A stretch of 53,697 nt of DNA from Salpingoeca rosetta. Taxonomy: Eukaryota > Protista > Choanoflagellata. A program made the translations under genes and the position numbers. This document shows, one piece after another, positions 1 to 22,140 of this stretch. Each line of letters begins with the position of its first letter. Position 1 is the stretch's first letter. Under the pieces are notes generated by a model that saw nothing but the letters and a program-made list of their open reading frames with translations, was not told where the DNA came from and did not search any database. Where the stretch lies: positions 986,726 to 1,040,422 of the forward strand of contig JAWQFM010000015.1 of assembly GCA_033442325.1 (NCBI GenBank). The letters run 5' to 3'.

Positions 1-453
1 CTGGGGCTTCTCACTGTGGAGTCGACCATGTATGAGCGAAGAGCCTTCGATACCCTAGTTGCGATGTAGTGCTGCCGCCCGCATATGGCGTCTTACGTAC
101 ACAATGCACCATGTAGTAAAATACCTCCCATTCCTTCTGGTGGATTCACCATATGTTGTTACTAGGTTTATGAAACCCCGTCTGAGGTCACCGCCCATTC
201 ATCTTTTTTCCCATCGGGGGCTATTCTTTGTGTGTATCCCTAGGGAAACCCCAGGGTATCGCGCCACGTCAGGCCACGGCCCAAGGAGAATTCTCCTTCT
301 CATTGGGGGGGAGAACGTTTTAATCGGGTTACACAAGTCAAACTTTTCGTGAGAGGCTGTCGTTAACCTTAGACTGGTCGACCACAACATAAATAGTATT
401 CGGACCACCCCCCCCCGACAAAACCCAAATGGCCCCAATAGGGGAATTCAGCA

Positions 454-517
<64 letters not shown>

Positions 518-617
518 CTCTGTATCAACATGCTCTTCCTTCAATCAACTGCTTCACCCCCCCCCCCCCTTTACCCGCGCTCAGCACATCACACCACCGT
601 ACATGTCAAGATCACAG

Positions 618-2931
618 GTTGAGCGGAAACGATTTGACGACTTTGCGCAGAGCATCATGTATCGTGGGCGCCTCTCCAGCCAACTCCACCGCTTCTACTC
701 TGTACGTCATTGGTGCTGTTCTGGCATTCACTCTGCTGTGCTGCCTGAGGGGTGACGCGAAATGGCGGTATTGTGGCACACCATCGTCTTTGCTTCCCCC
801 TTCCCTTGCTGGTGCTCACCTGCACATGTTCTTCCCCATACCATCCTCCCGCGTCATCCATTCGTCTTTGCACTTCCATTCCCAGATGGAAGTGTCGCAT
901 CCCGTGCTGCTTGTGGAGGAGGGGCAACTGCACGTGCCAGGCATCGACGAAGCAAGGTTCGGACTGGCATCATCTTGGCATGGTGGACTTGGGGCGCGAT
1001 GGTGGCGTGGAAGCGTTATTTCCCTCGTGTTTTGCGCTGGGTGTGGGTGGGGGATTGTGGATGGGCGTGACATTGGCTGCCCATGTGGTGTCTCACGGCA
1101 CACTCAACCCGAGATGCCCACTTGCTGTCGCCGCTTCCATGCGTATTTGCCTGCATGCAATCAAACTTCGAACTTCACACCCTGGCTCAGGCTCAAGCAG
1201 GCCACCTTCAACATCCAGGTGCGTGTGTGCGTGCGTGCATGTGTATGTGTGCATATGTGTGCATATGTGTGCATATGTGTGCATATGTGTGCGCGTGTGT
1301 CCAACACCATCACATTGTTTTGCATGAGTTGATTGTGTTCCGCGCTGTGAACCACCTTTGTGTCACAGTACAACGTACACAATGTGTACATCCATCCATC
1401 CTTCTTTTTCGGGCGTCATATGCTGTTTATGCAGGTGGAGGGCGGGTTCTTTGTGAAGACGGTGCCGAACATTCGCGAGGTGGAGGCGTACCTCGTCCTC
1501 TGCACGCGCATGATCAAGCAGCTCGTTCAGGTGACACCACACACACACACACACACACACACAGTCAGACAGACAGACAGACACACAGACACACACATAC
1601 ACACAGACACACACAGACACACACACACACGTGTGGTTGAAGGGGATGTGGCGGCTCGTTGGATGGCTTGGCACCCGTGCAAGTGCCATGTGAATGTGTG
1701 AATGGCTGGATGACAGCGGATGATATGGTATTGTGTCGTTGTGTCGACTGCCTGTCCACCAACAGCAACTACGTGCCCGTGCATGATCACACCACAATTG
1801 TCACAGGGGTGCAGCGTTGAAGCCTGGACGCCAACAGAGCGCATGTGCTGCCATCTCAGAGGTGCTGCGGGTTGTGCTAATTGTGTGACTGATATGTTGC
1901 TGTTCGTGGAATCACACACACACGCCGACATATTTCAATATCACATTCACATGCATTATGACTCACTCACACCCACGCACACCCACCCACACACACACAC
2001 ACATTTCGCTCGAAAGGATTTGCTGGGTGGGGACAGCCGAAGGACGGGCACGTGCACAGCTTCGACTTTCAAACGTTCCAAGAAATCTCTCGCCGCGCTG
2101 CTGTGCGTGCACGTTGGTTTTGTCGTGTGTGTGTGTGTGTGTGTGTGTGTGTCTTGGTTCACGTGTGCTCACGTTCACTCCATAGCAGCAACTCCGTGGT
2201 CGCCACCTCATAATGCCATCACTCACGTACCCCGTCCTTTCACGCCGCCCTTCATTGGTGTAGACTGGCACGATCCGCGAAGTGTTTGCGCATCAGCTGC
2301 TGCACATGAACGGACTAACGCTGAAGCATGCGCAGATGATCACCCAGGCCTACCCGACACCTGCCCTGTGCGGTTCACGGGTGGTGGCGGTGGTGGTGAT
2401 GGTGGTGGATGAGAGGGTTTGCAGGCGACGGGAACGAGGAAAAGAGGCAACATGTGTGTGCAGAATATGAAATCAGCATGTGTATGCTGTTGCACAGCAC
2501 CTCTGCAATGCCTAATCATCATGCGTTTGCTTGCGCACCCATGTGTGCGCGCGCGTGTGCGCGTGTGCGTGTGTGTGCTGCGTCTCAGGTTTACGAATGC
2601 GCTGCGGGAGGCACACGCGGCCACGATGCACATGAGCAGTTTGGAGGACCGGAAACCAAACTCGTCAAGTGCGCGCGGTGGCGACAACAGCACCGTATTC
2701 AGCCCATCATCAGCGTCAGCAACAGCAGCACCAGCAACAACAACAGCAGCAGCAACAACACCAACAGCAGCATCGCCATCGACTTTGGCATCAGGTCTCA
2801 AGCGGCGGAGCAGCAGTGCAAAGACAAAGACGGCACTGGACGCGTTTTGGGACAGCCTGTCGACGAGCGAGGGGAAAATCGGACTAGCTGTCCGTGCCAA
2901 GCTGCAAGCCTACTACCTGCCCAGGTCGTGA
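618..2931 (+). CDS. MUS81: Crossover junction endonuclease MUS81, 3' part (ERCC4 nuclease domain plus C-terminal HhH); 5' exons lie upstream or are unreadable
   Basis: GT-AG exons join in frame: VERKRFDDFAQSIMYRGRLSSQLHRFYS (ERCC4 ERK motif), MEVSHPVLLVEEG, LKQATFNIQ, VEGGFFVKTVPNIREVEAYLVLCTRMIKQL, FDFQTFQE, TIREVFAHQLLHMNGLTLKHAQMITQAYPTPA, and last exon ...KIGLAVRAKLQAYYLPRS* (TGA ends 2931). Motif order matches MUS81 as I know it. The exon near 1807-1861 is less certain. Confidence 0.9.
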
Positions 2932-3416
2932 CAGCGGACAGGGGGACAGGGGACAGAGGACAGAGGATAGGGGAAACAGGAACCGTACTGGCAGTGGTTA
3001 GTTGATGGTGGTGGTGCGGGGGTCGTGGTAGTGGTAGTGGCTGTGGCTGTGGTGGTGGTGATAGTTTTGGAATCGCACGTGGGAGCACCCGAGTGGGATT
3101 GAGCCAGCTGTGCTGATGCTGGTTCGTGGCGCTTCTCAGTGACGAGAGCCCGCTGTTTGCTGACGTGATGCCATCATGTAAACGACGTTCGCATTGAACC
3201 ATTGTTTGTTTATTGCGCTTGCCACGCTGATGATGAGTTGCCAGCACGGACACGCACGCACACAGACACAGACACAGACACAGACACAGACACAGACACA
3301 CACACACACAGACGCAGACACACACACACACACACACACACAGACACACACACACATACACACACACGAAATATCACACGGGGGCAACGCCAGCGAGAGC
3401 GCTTTCTCGTCGAGTG

Positions 3417-7199
<3,783 letters not shown>

Positions 7200-7499
7200 C
7201 GCTGGTCTTCTTCTAGGTCGTTGTCCTAGTTTTGTATTTTTGGGTGCGTTGTTGGCTGTTTGGGTGTTTGTGGAGGTGAGTGGAGATGGCGAGTGAGTGG
7301 CTTACTTGCTTGCTCGGTTGGTTGATGGTGTTTCGCTTGGTGTGGTGGTGTTGTGGTGCGTGCTGATTGCTCCCTCTTACACCCTGTGCTTCGGTGTTGT
7401 GTCCCGTGCTCACCCGCTGTCCCGCTGATCTTTGCTTGTGGGTTTGAACAGCTGCTGTGGTGGGTTCTGACTTGACTTTGGGGCGTCGTGCGTGCAAGC

Positions 7500-12725
<5,226 letters not shown>

Positions 12726-12980
12726 AGGTGCGCGTATTTTGCTGTTGTTTGCGTGTGTTTCGATTTGTGTGTATGTGTGCGCGCGTGTGTATGCGTGTGT
12801 ATGCGTGTGTTTGTGTGTTTACTTCAGCGTGATAGACGCAGCACAGGTTGTATTTAACATCGAGCGTTGCTTGTGCGCGTNNNNNNNNNNNNNNNNNNNN
12901 NNNNNNNNNNNNNNNNNNNNNNNNNNNNNNNNNNNNNNNNNNNNNNNNNNNNNNNNNNNNNNNNNNNNNNNNNNNNNNNN

Positions 12981-13028
<48 letters not shown>

Positions 13029-13042
13029 CACACACACACACG

Positions 13043-13115
<73 letters not shown>

Positions 13116-13448
13116 CAGCTGTGGTGGTGGTAGCAGCATCGGCAAAGGGTGACCACCTACGTTCTTCGAATAGCAAACACAAGTACTTGTGCATGTGAAT
13201 GATCTTCTTGCGTATTGCTTCGTGTTTGTGTGTATGTGCGTGTGCTTGTTCGTGTGTGATGGCGCGTGTCTTTGCTGTTTGCAGGTAGTCTTTGTGCGCT
13301 GTGTGGCGTTCTTGTGCTTGCAGTCTGGGCTGATCATGTTTGTGTGTGTGTGAGGCGTTGCTTGTTTGTCAATTTGGTTGTAAGTGAAAACAGCCGTGCT
13401 TGAACTTTAGTGCAACAAGCATGCAACAAGCATGCAAGAACAGATGAG

Positions 13449-13585
<137 letters not shown>

Positions 13586-13682
13586 ACAGGAACTTGCTTT
13601 TTTTTTTGATGTCGCGAACAGTTGCGAACTCGGAACTGGCGCAAACGCGTTCAAACACAACACAAGCACACACAGGACCACC

Positions 13683-15056
13683 ATGTCGGGCGCGATGATG
13701 ACGAGGGCATCGGCTCGTGGTGGCGCTGGCCCTGCCACGAAGCGAGCACATGTGATGCCGGGAGCATCAAGCCACAGTGTGGCTAGCGTTGCTGCAAGTT
13801 CCACCCACACGACAGACAGCGAGGAGGCGCTGCAAGCGGAGGTGGACGATATCATGCTGTCACTGGCAGCAGACGAGGCACAGCAGGAAGCAAACGCGGC
13901 CAGCAACGCGTCCGAAGATGACGACGGCGTCGACGACGGGGATGATGACAACAACTTGCATGGCGCGCACGATGAGGAGCACATCACACCAAGTCAACAA
14001 AGGCGGCGCAATGGCCGGCGACAAGTGGACACTGACGCTGACCACGGACAGCACGGAGCAACCAGCGCACATGGTGCAGTTGCCGCCAATGGCAACCACA
14101 ACAACAACGGTGGCGATGCTGATGACGACGATGACATGGTGGACTTGTTGGACGACGATACGCTGGCGTATTTTGATGGGGAAGCAAGCACATCCACAGC
14201 AGGCGGTGGCTGGCGCCCTGTCGACGAGCACGGCACCCCACCCCTGCAGCACGACCCGCTGCTGGCAGATTTGCCGCCCATTGTGGCGCAGTTCTACGTG
14301 TCGCGCGGCGTGAAGAACCTGTACCCTTGCCAGCGGGAGAGCGTGCAAGCAGCGCAGCACTACGACTCGCACCGGCCAAACCTGCTGCTCACCCTGCCGA
14401 CGAGCGGGGGCAAGACGCTGGTGGCGGAGGTGCTGGCGCTGAAGACGATGCTGCTGCAGCAGAAGGACGCCATCCTGGTGCTGCCGTACGTGGCAATTGT
14501 GCAGGAGAAGGTGGCGGCGCTGGAGCCGCTGGCGGAGCAGATTGGCTTTCACCTGGAGACGTACGCGGGCCACCTTGGCCGCGTGCCGCCGCTGCAGCGA
14601 CGCGACGGGCAGCGCACGCTGTTCGTGGCCACCATTGAGAAGGCGCACTCGCTGCTGTGCTCGCTCATTGCCAACCGGCGACTGGGCCGCCTGGGCCTGT
14701 GCATTGTCGACGAGGCGCACATGCTCGGATACGGGTCGCGCGGTGGCGTACTGGAGACGATCCTCACGCTGGTGCTGCACCACGCCCCGCGCACCATCCG
14801 CATTGTGGCCATGACAGCGACGGTGGGCAACACGGGCGAGCTGGCAACCTTCCTGCGCGCGCGCCACGTGTCCAGCACGCAGCGGCCCGTCACCTTGCGC
14901 GAGCACGTGCTGTTTGAGGGCCGCGTGTACGACATCACGGGTATTGCGCAGCGCGAGGAGCTCTGTGAAGACCTGATGACCACCAACTTTGTTCGCTCGC
15001 TCGACAACAGCCCGCTCCAACCAGGGCCTTCACAGTCCCCTCATCATCATCACCAT

Positions 15057-15088
<32 letters not shown>

Positions 15089-17159
15089 CACGCAGCAGCA
15101 CACGCGGCAGGGGACACCGATGGCTTCTCAGCCCCAGCCTCCGCCATCACAGGTCAACTTTCGCTCCGCCTCTGACGTGTACACCCGGCAGCAGCAGAAA
15201 CAGCAGCAGCAGCAACAACAACAACAGCAGCAGCAGCAGCCAGGGCAGGCCTCTCCAGCGACGCCAACAGCGAGATACGGTGCCGGTGGTGGACGTGGTG
15301 GCGTTCCATCGCAATCACCGCTCTTCACACCGCCATCAGCAAGAGCACTGCCGCGCACGCCTCACAACCACGGCGATGGCAACGGGTACTCCCAGCAGCA
15401 CCAGCAGCATCATCACCCATCACAGCACCCGTCACAGCAGCCACCATCGCAGCAATCGCAGTCACAGGTGCGGCGGCGCAGTGGCCGCGGGAACGACGTG
15501 CAGGATGTGATTGCGCTCATGCGCGAGTCTGTCCCGGACCGGCCGTGCCTCGTGTTCAACTCCTCGCGGCGGGCGTGCGAGAACCTTGCACGCAGCTACG
15601 CCCGCACCACGCCGCCGACGCAGCTGGACGCCGCGCGCGAGAAGGTGTTTGACGGCATTGCGCGCGCCATCACGCGGGAGATGGCGACGAGCGGCGGCTC
15701 GTATCTGGTGCAGCTGATGCGCCGCGGTGTGGCCTACCACCACGGCGGGCTCACCAAGGACGTGCGCGAGCTTGTGGAGCGCGCCTACAAGGAGGGGTGC
15801 ATCTTCCTGCTGATCGCCACGTCCACGCTGGCTGCGGGGGTGAACCTCCCTGCGCACCGCGTGATTGTGCGCACGCCGTACATGGGCAACAAGCTGCTGA
15901 CGCGCAGCCAGTACCTGCAGATGTCTGGTCGCGCCGGGCGCGTGGGGCTGACGGAGACGGGCGAGGCGTACCTGTGCCTGGACAAGGTGAACATCAAGCG
16001 GGCACTGGATATTGTGGCGGGGGCGTGCGAGCGGTGCGAGAGCCAGCTTGCCTCGCAGCAGGACCTGAGCCGCCGGCTCATTTTGTCGCTGGTGTGCGGG
16101 TCGTCGCCGCTGGGCATGGGCGAGGTGGAGGCCTTCTTCAACAAGACGCTGCTTGCTGTGCAGAATAAAGAGCAGGTTCCCGTGGTCATTGACGCTGCGC
16201 TTGAGTACCTGGCCAACCTGCGTCTGATTGCCGTGCGCGGGCGCGTGATCCAGGCCACGCCGCTCGGCTGCGGCATCAACGCCTCTGGGTTTCCCTGCGA
16301 CACGGTGGGCCTGGTGTGCGCGGACGTGGACGAGTTTATGCGGGCGGCGGTGCTGAAGACGGAGCTGCACCTGCTTGGCCTGGTCACGCCCTTTGAGCAC
16401 GTGCAGCACATCTCGCCGCAGTTCCACACCATGCTGGACGACTTTGCCAGCATGTCCCCCGACGACCAGGCTGCCATGGAGCGCCTTGGCGCCTCGGAAA
16501 ATGTGCTGTCGCGGGCGGTGGCGGGGCGGCTGCCCTCTGCGCCGTCGCACAACAACTGGGCAACGTACTTCAAGTCGCCCACGGGCCGGCTGCGGCGGGT
16601 GTACCTGACGCTCATCCTGTGGACGGTGATGCACCGCAACGCGTCCATCTACCGCGCCGCTGCGAAATATGGTGTTGATGCCGGCCTCGTGCAGACGCTG
16701 CTGCAGAACGCAGCCGTGTACGCAGCGAGCGTCGCCTCCTTCTGCAAGGAGCTCCCGGTGAGGCCGTGCAGTGCGCTGCTATCTTAGTGTGTGTGTGTGT
16801 GTGTGTGTATGTGTGTGTGTGTGTCTGGATCTGTATCTGTATCTGTGTATCTGTGTCTGTATCTGTGTGTCTGTATCTCTGTGTCTGTGTCTGTGTGTGT
16901 GTCTGGATCTGTATCTGTGCATATCTGTGTGTGTGTGTGTGTTGGGGGAAGCGCTGCATCTGTGGTTGTTTCACGTCGGTTTCATGCAGGTTTGTGAGAA
17001 CGGGAAAGGGTGACTGTGTTCCTTGACGCATGATTAATGTTGCTGTATTGCTGTCATACAGGCGTATTGGACCATTGAGCATTTGGCGAGCGGGATGATC
17101 AAGCGCCTCTACTTTGGCGTCCAACACGACATCGGTTCGTGCTTCGTGCTGCTTGTGGC

Positions 17160-17245
<86 letters not shown>

Positions 17246-17546
17246 GGCACGATTGCTCATCGCCTCTTTCGACTTGGGTGCATCTGCCGCTGCAAGCAGT
17301 TGATCTCATGGACATTCCTGGCATGAAGGCGCAACGTGCCCGCATGCTCGCAGACGCAGGCTTCAAGAGGTGAGGCATAGCTGTTTGTGAGGGAGAGCAG
17401 GGTAGAGCAAGGGAGGGTGTGACGCGCGTCTGTACGTCTGTCGGCTGTGTTTGTAAAACTACACACTTGCACTGACTACTGCAACACGCATACATACACG
17501 CTCACATACACACACACACATAATAACACACATACACACACACGCA

Positions 17547-17579
<33 letters not shown>

Positions 17580-17582
17580 GCA

Positions 17583-17634
<52 letters not shown>

Positions 17635-18138
17635 GCCACAAGCAGCTTGCGCGCGCCAAGCCTGGCGACCTGGTGTCCAGCATCGAATTCATGTCGACGA
17701 AGCAGGCCGAGAATCTGATTCAGGCCGCGCAGACGCTCGTTGCGCGCGAAGCAACAGACCTCATGGACGAAGGTGTCGTGAATGCGTGTTTGCTTGCGTG
17801 CTTGCTGAGGTGCCGGTGCTGCACGTGGCTTATGCATGGTTGTTTGATAAGCGTGGCGGCACTGTGCACGTTGTGCTGTGTGGAGTCCACCTTCACCTTC
17901 TCATTCATGGCATGGCTTATGTTGACGTGACTGTTGACCCATTGTTGCACCCACCAACATGTCCTGCTCCCACACGAACATCTCCACAACCACCACAACC
18001 ACCACCACCACCACGACGATAGCGTACACGCTGCTGCACCGGGAGTCCGTGTCCGCAACACCGATGACGACACCGCGGCCGCAGCGCGAGGAGCACACTG
18101 TCCATGGCGGTGGCGGTGGCGGTGGTGATGGTGATTAG
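13683..18138 (+). CDS. HELQ: HELQ/Hel308-like Ski2-family DNA helicase (5 exons; exon 1 = 13683-16757)
   Basis: [12 protein letters not shown] (motif I), [58 protein letters not shown]-terminal exons give [36 protein letters not shown]...DEAYTLL, then TAG at 18136-18138. No polymerase domain follows, so HELQ rather than POLQ. Confidence 0.9.
17148..17646. repeat. Inverted repeat: GCTGCTTGTGGCTGCAAG(TG)n at 17148 versus (CA)nCTTGCAGCCACAAGCAGC ending at 17646
   Basis: Read directly: an 18-bp non-microsatellite perfect reverse-complement match, extended by about 30 bp of TG/CA complementarity. Confidence 0.9.
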
Positions 18139-18549
18139 GAGGGGGAGGCGTGGATGGAGGCGTGAGCTTGTCGTGCTGATTGTGAGCGTTAAATCAGCTG
18201 TACTGGTGTGTGACAGAAAGGTGGTTTGCTTCCTTTTAACCAATGCATTGATTGATCATCTGTGAACGGTAAATGACGAAACACGGCCACGACCCATGAA
18301 CGCCGCCAACTCTGGAACTGGCACAACAGCCGAGCTAGTGATGACGTCTTTCTCAACACACACGCGCGCACGCATGCACTCTTTCGCCCCTTCATTTCAT
18401 GTGTGTTGTTGTTTTACCCAATGGCGAGCAAGCGAACGAGCGAACAGGCGATGGCTACCCATCGCAGTATGTGCTGATGTGCACGATGTAACGAGGCAAG
18501 TAGGGCGCACCTACGCCCAACAATAGCGCTCAACAAATTAACAACAACA

Positions 18550-18633
<84 letters not shown>

Positions 18634-19106
18634 AACCAAAACCAGAACGGGTGTTGCATTGTCCACGTACCAAGGGAGGAAAGGCTCAGTTAAGTGAGTA
18701 CAAAACGAAACCATCGTGACAGCATCAACAGCAGCAATTGACAGTTACAAGCGCGTATGTATGTATGAAACAGCATCCTAGGAGCAAAGCGTGTGCTGTG
18801 ACGTGACGCGTCACAGCATCAGTACAAGGCAACGAAATAAAAGAAGGTCGGAGCAAACAGAGAAGAAGGTAAAGAAGGGGAAGGAAAGGCAAAGAAGACA
18901 GCAAAGAAGACAGCAAAGAGGGGAAGCAAAGAGGGGAAGCAAAGGCAAGATGAAAAAGAGAGAAGCAGGAAAGACCAACGAGACAGAGCGTTGGGCGTGT
19001 GTCCGAGACACCAAGTCCACAAGCAACCGCCATCACGGCACGTGAGTCACCCTCACGTGTGCACCGCCATGACAAGCAGCATCATGATCACACTGCATGA
19101 AATGCA

Positions 19107-21380
19107 TCACGACAGCTTTGCGGCTTGATAGTACTGGGCGAGCTCAAACAGCGACTTGTTCTTGCCGTTGTGCCCTGGACGCCCTCGGTGCATGCGTCGA
19201 AAGTCCGGCTCAGACCGCCGTCCCCGCGCATGCGGCGACACGCCACTGCCCACACGCCCGCCGCCAACACCGACACCTCCGACATCTGCATTGCTGCTGC
19301 CGTTCGCAGCGTTGCTGCTGCTGCTGCTGCTGTTGGTGGCTGCGCCGTGCTGCGGCGGGGACTGGCGGCCGTTCGAGCGCTGTCGGACATGGCGCTGGTG
19401 ATGATGGCCGCTTGGATTGGCATGTGGCAATGCAACACCGCCACCACGGACACCGTCGCCTTCACCAGTGCCCCCGCTACGCAGGGGCTGGCGATCGCGC
19501 TGCGCCTGCACGTGCATCTGCATCTGCTCCTTGCTCAGCGCCATGGGCATTTCGGGCCGCACCTCCGAAAACCTGCGTTGCAGTTCCAGGAAATCGGACA
19601 CCTTGCGCGAGTTGGAGCGCCGCCGGCCGTTCTTGCCGCCGCCTCCACATTGGCCACTGCTGTTGCTGCCATTGGCGTGTGGTGGCGGTGGTGGCATCAG
19701 GCTGCTGCGACGCCTGCCGCCGTTTAGCCCGACATACCCGCCGCCGCAACGGACGCGATCAGCACTGCACGGACGCGGTGGCCGCGAGAACTCGGCGCCA
19801 GGCATGAGGCTGTGCCGCCTGCCGCCCTGGCCGGGGCTGTTGTTGTTGTTGTTGTTGAGGTGGTGGTGGTGCTGGTGGTGGCCGCCCCCAACGCCATCCG
19901 GGGACACGTGCATGAGATCATCGCCAGCCTCACTGCCGCAGTTGCTGTACACGCGCGGGCTCACAGACACCTCGGATTTGGACTTGAGCTGTGCACGCAT
20001 GTGTTCGCGCGCCTCCCGCGTTGGCACGTGCTGGTGATACCGGTGCCCGGGCCGCTGCTGCCTGTGGCGCCTGCGGTGGCCGTTGCTGTCGTCGTTCTCG
20101 GCGTTGCTGTTGTCCTCGTCGCCATAGTTGCCATCCACCTCATCATCCTCCGTCGCATCCGTCGCGTCATCCCCGGCGCACGCGTCCGTGTCGCTATTGT
20201 TGCCCGTGTCGTTCGACGCGTCCCTGAACCGGACCGCCTGTCGCCGTCTGCGTGGCCGTTCATGTCGATCGCGCGTATCGTCACCACCACCACCAGCAGC
20301 AGCAGCACGGGTGACGCTGCCGTAATCATCATAATCGTCGTCGTCGTCGTCGTCGTCGTGCGTGCTACGGTCCGCACCATCAACATCACCGTCATCGCGG
20401 TGTTGGCGGTATGCGACGGGGCTCTGCTTTGCATAGTGCTGGTTGCTGCGGCTGCGGTGATTGCTGCGGCTGCGGCGGCCCTGTGGGTGCTGGTGGCGGT
20501 AACGATGATCGCGGTGCCGCTGCTGTTGCTCACCGCCATCACCGCCGGCACGATGCTGCTGCGGGTGTGGATCGAGCGCGTCCCAGCTTGTGCGCCGGTC
20601 GACAGGCCGACCACCGGGGTGACCGCCTGCTTTGCTTCGTCGCCGCATGCCACCGCCACCGAGGGCGCCCAAAGCAACAGCGCCGTCGTCGTCATGCAGC
20701 TCAACGGGGCTGCTGCTGTCGTCCCTTCGGCTCTGGTGCCGTTGCTGCTGCTGCTGTTGTTGTTGGAGGGCGCGGCGTGGCATGCCTCGCAATTTCAAGG
20801 GCCGCAGCCCCATGACGTCATGGTTGGGTTCGCTCTGCCGCCGCGCCGTAGCCGGCGACGCGCCATGTGACGCCACCTGCTGCTGCTGCTGCTGCTGCTG
20901 CTGCGGTGGTTGCGAATGTTGTGGGTATGGTTGTTGGTGGTGGTGATGTGGTTGTTGGTGCGATGCTTGGTGCGATGCTTGGTGCGATGCTTGGTGCGAT
21001 GCTTGCTGCTGTGCGTCGGCGGGCGCGTTGTGTGCGTCCATGCTCTCTGCGGCCACCTGTGCGGCGAGGAACGGGTGGGCGAGGATGCGGGCGGCGCTGG
21101 GCCGTTTGTTCGGGTCGACGCGCAGCATCATCGCAATCAGCTGCTGCAGGTCCTTGCTCACGTGGTCGGGGTAGCGCGTGTCGTACTTCCCGCGGCGGAT
21201 GCGCGAGAGGAGGCCGTCAAGCGACTGCGCGAAGAAGGCGGGCTTGAGTTGTATCAGCTCATACAGCACGCAGCCAATGCCCCAGATGTCAACTTTCTGC
21301 CCGTACGCTTTTCCCGCCGCAATCTCGGGCGCCATCGTCAGCGGCGTGCCTGCAACACGCCGTGGTCAGCCAAGACAGAG

Positions 21381-21445
<65 letters not shown>

Positions 21446-22096
21446 GTGGCTTGTGTGAGCTGGAGAAAGAAGGAAGTTCAGGTTGTGTACCAAAGACGTC
21501 TGACAGCATGGGTCGTGATGTTGGTCGGAACATGTTCAAACAAACAGCCAACAAGCACCAACGAGCAAGAGCAACGCCACCAGCATGGTCAGAACGGCAG
21601 ACACACACACACACACCTACACACACACACATATGCACATACGAAGCAACGCACCGACTGGTGTCTTGCACGTGCGTGCAGACATGCGTGCGGCGTTTGC
21701 TTCCAGCACGCGCGCAATCCCAAAGTCGCCCAGTTTGATGTTGCCTTTCGCATCGAGAAATAGGTTACCAGCCTTGATGTCTCTGCGGAAAGCAGTGAAT
21801 ACAGAGACAAGGGGGTGGAGGAAGAAGGGTGAGGGTGGAGTTGGTGGAGGTGTACACATGCCGGCGAGGCGGAGCAAGGTGAAGCAAACAAATGGAAGTG
21901 ACGATCAGCGAGACGTGTCACAGGTGAACACAAAGCTGCGTCGCAATCATGCATGTACATGTAGATACACACGCACATACGAAGGAACACGTATACAAAC
22001 ACATACACAATCACATACGCACACACACGCACACACGCACGCACACACACACACACAGACACACACACGCACGCACGCACGCACGCACGCACACAC

Positions 22097-22140
<44 letters not shown>

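Noticed and set aside
1-455. Compositionally odd sequence upstream of the first readable MUS81 exon (foreign insert?)
   Set aside because: No recognisable motif or clean exon. Irregular homopolymers next to a TG tract look like low-quality read sequence.
12726-13400. Possible small minus-strand gene between the mannosidase and HELQ
   Set aside because: Only short non-repetitive patches around a gap, with no coherent spliced ORF.
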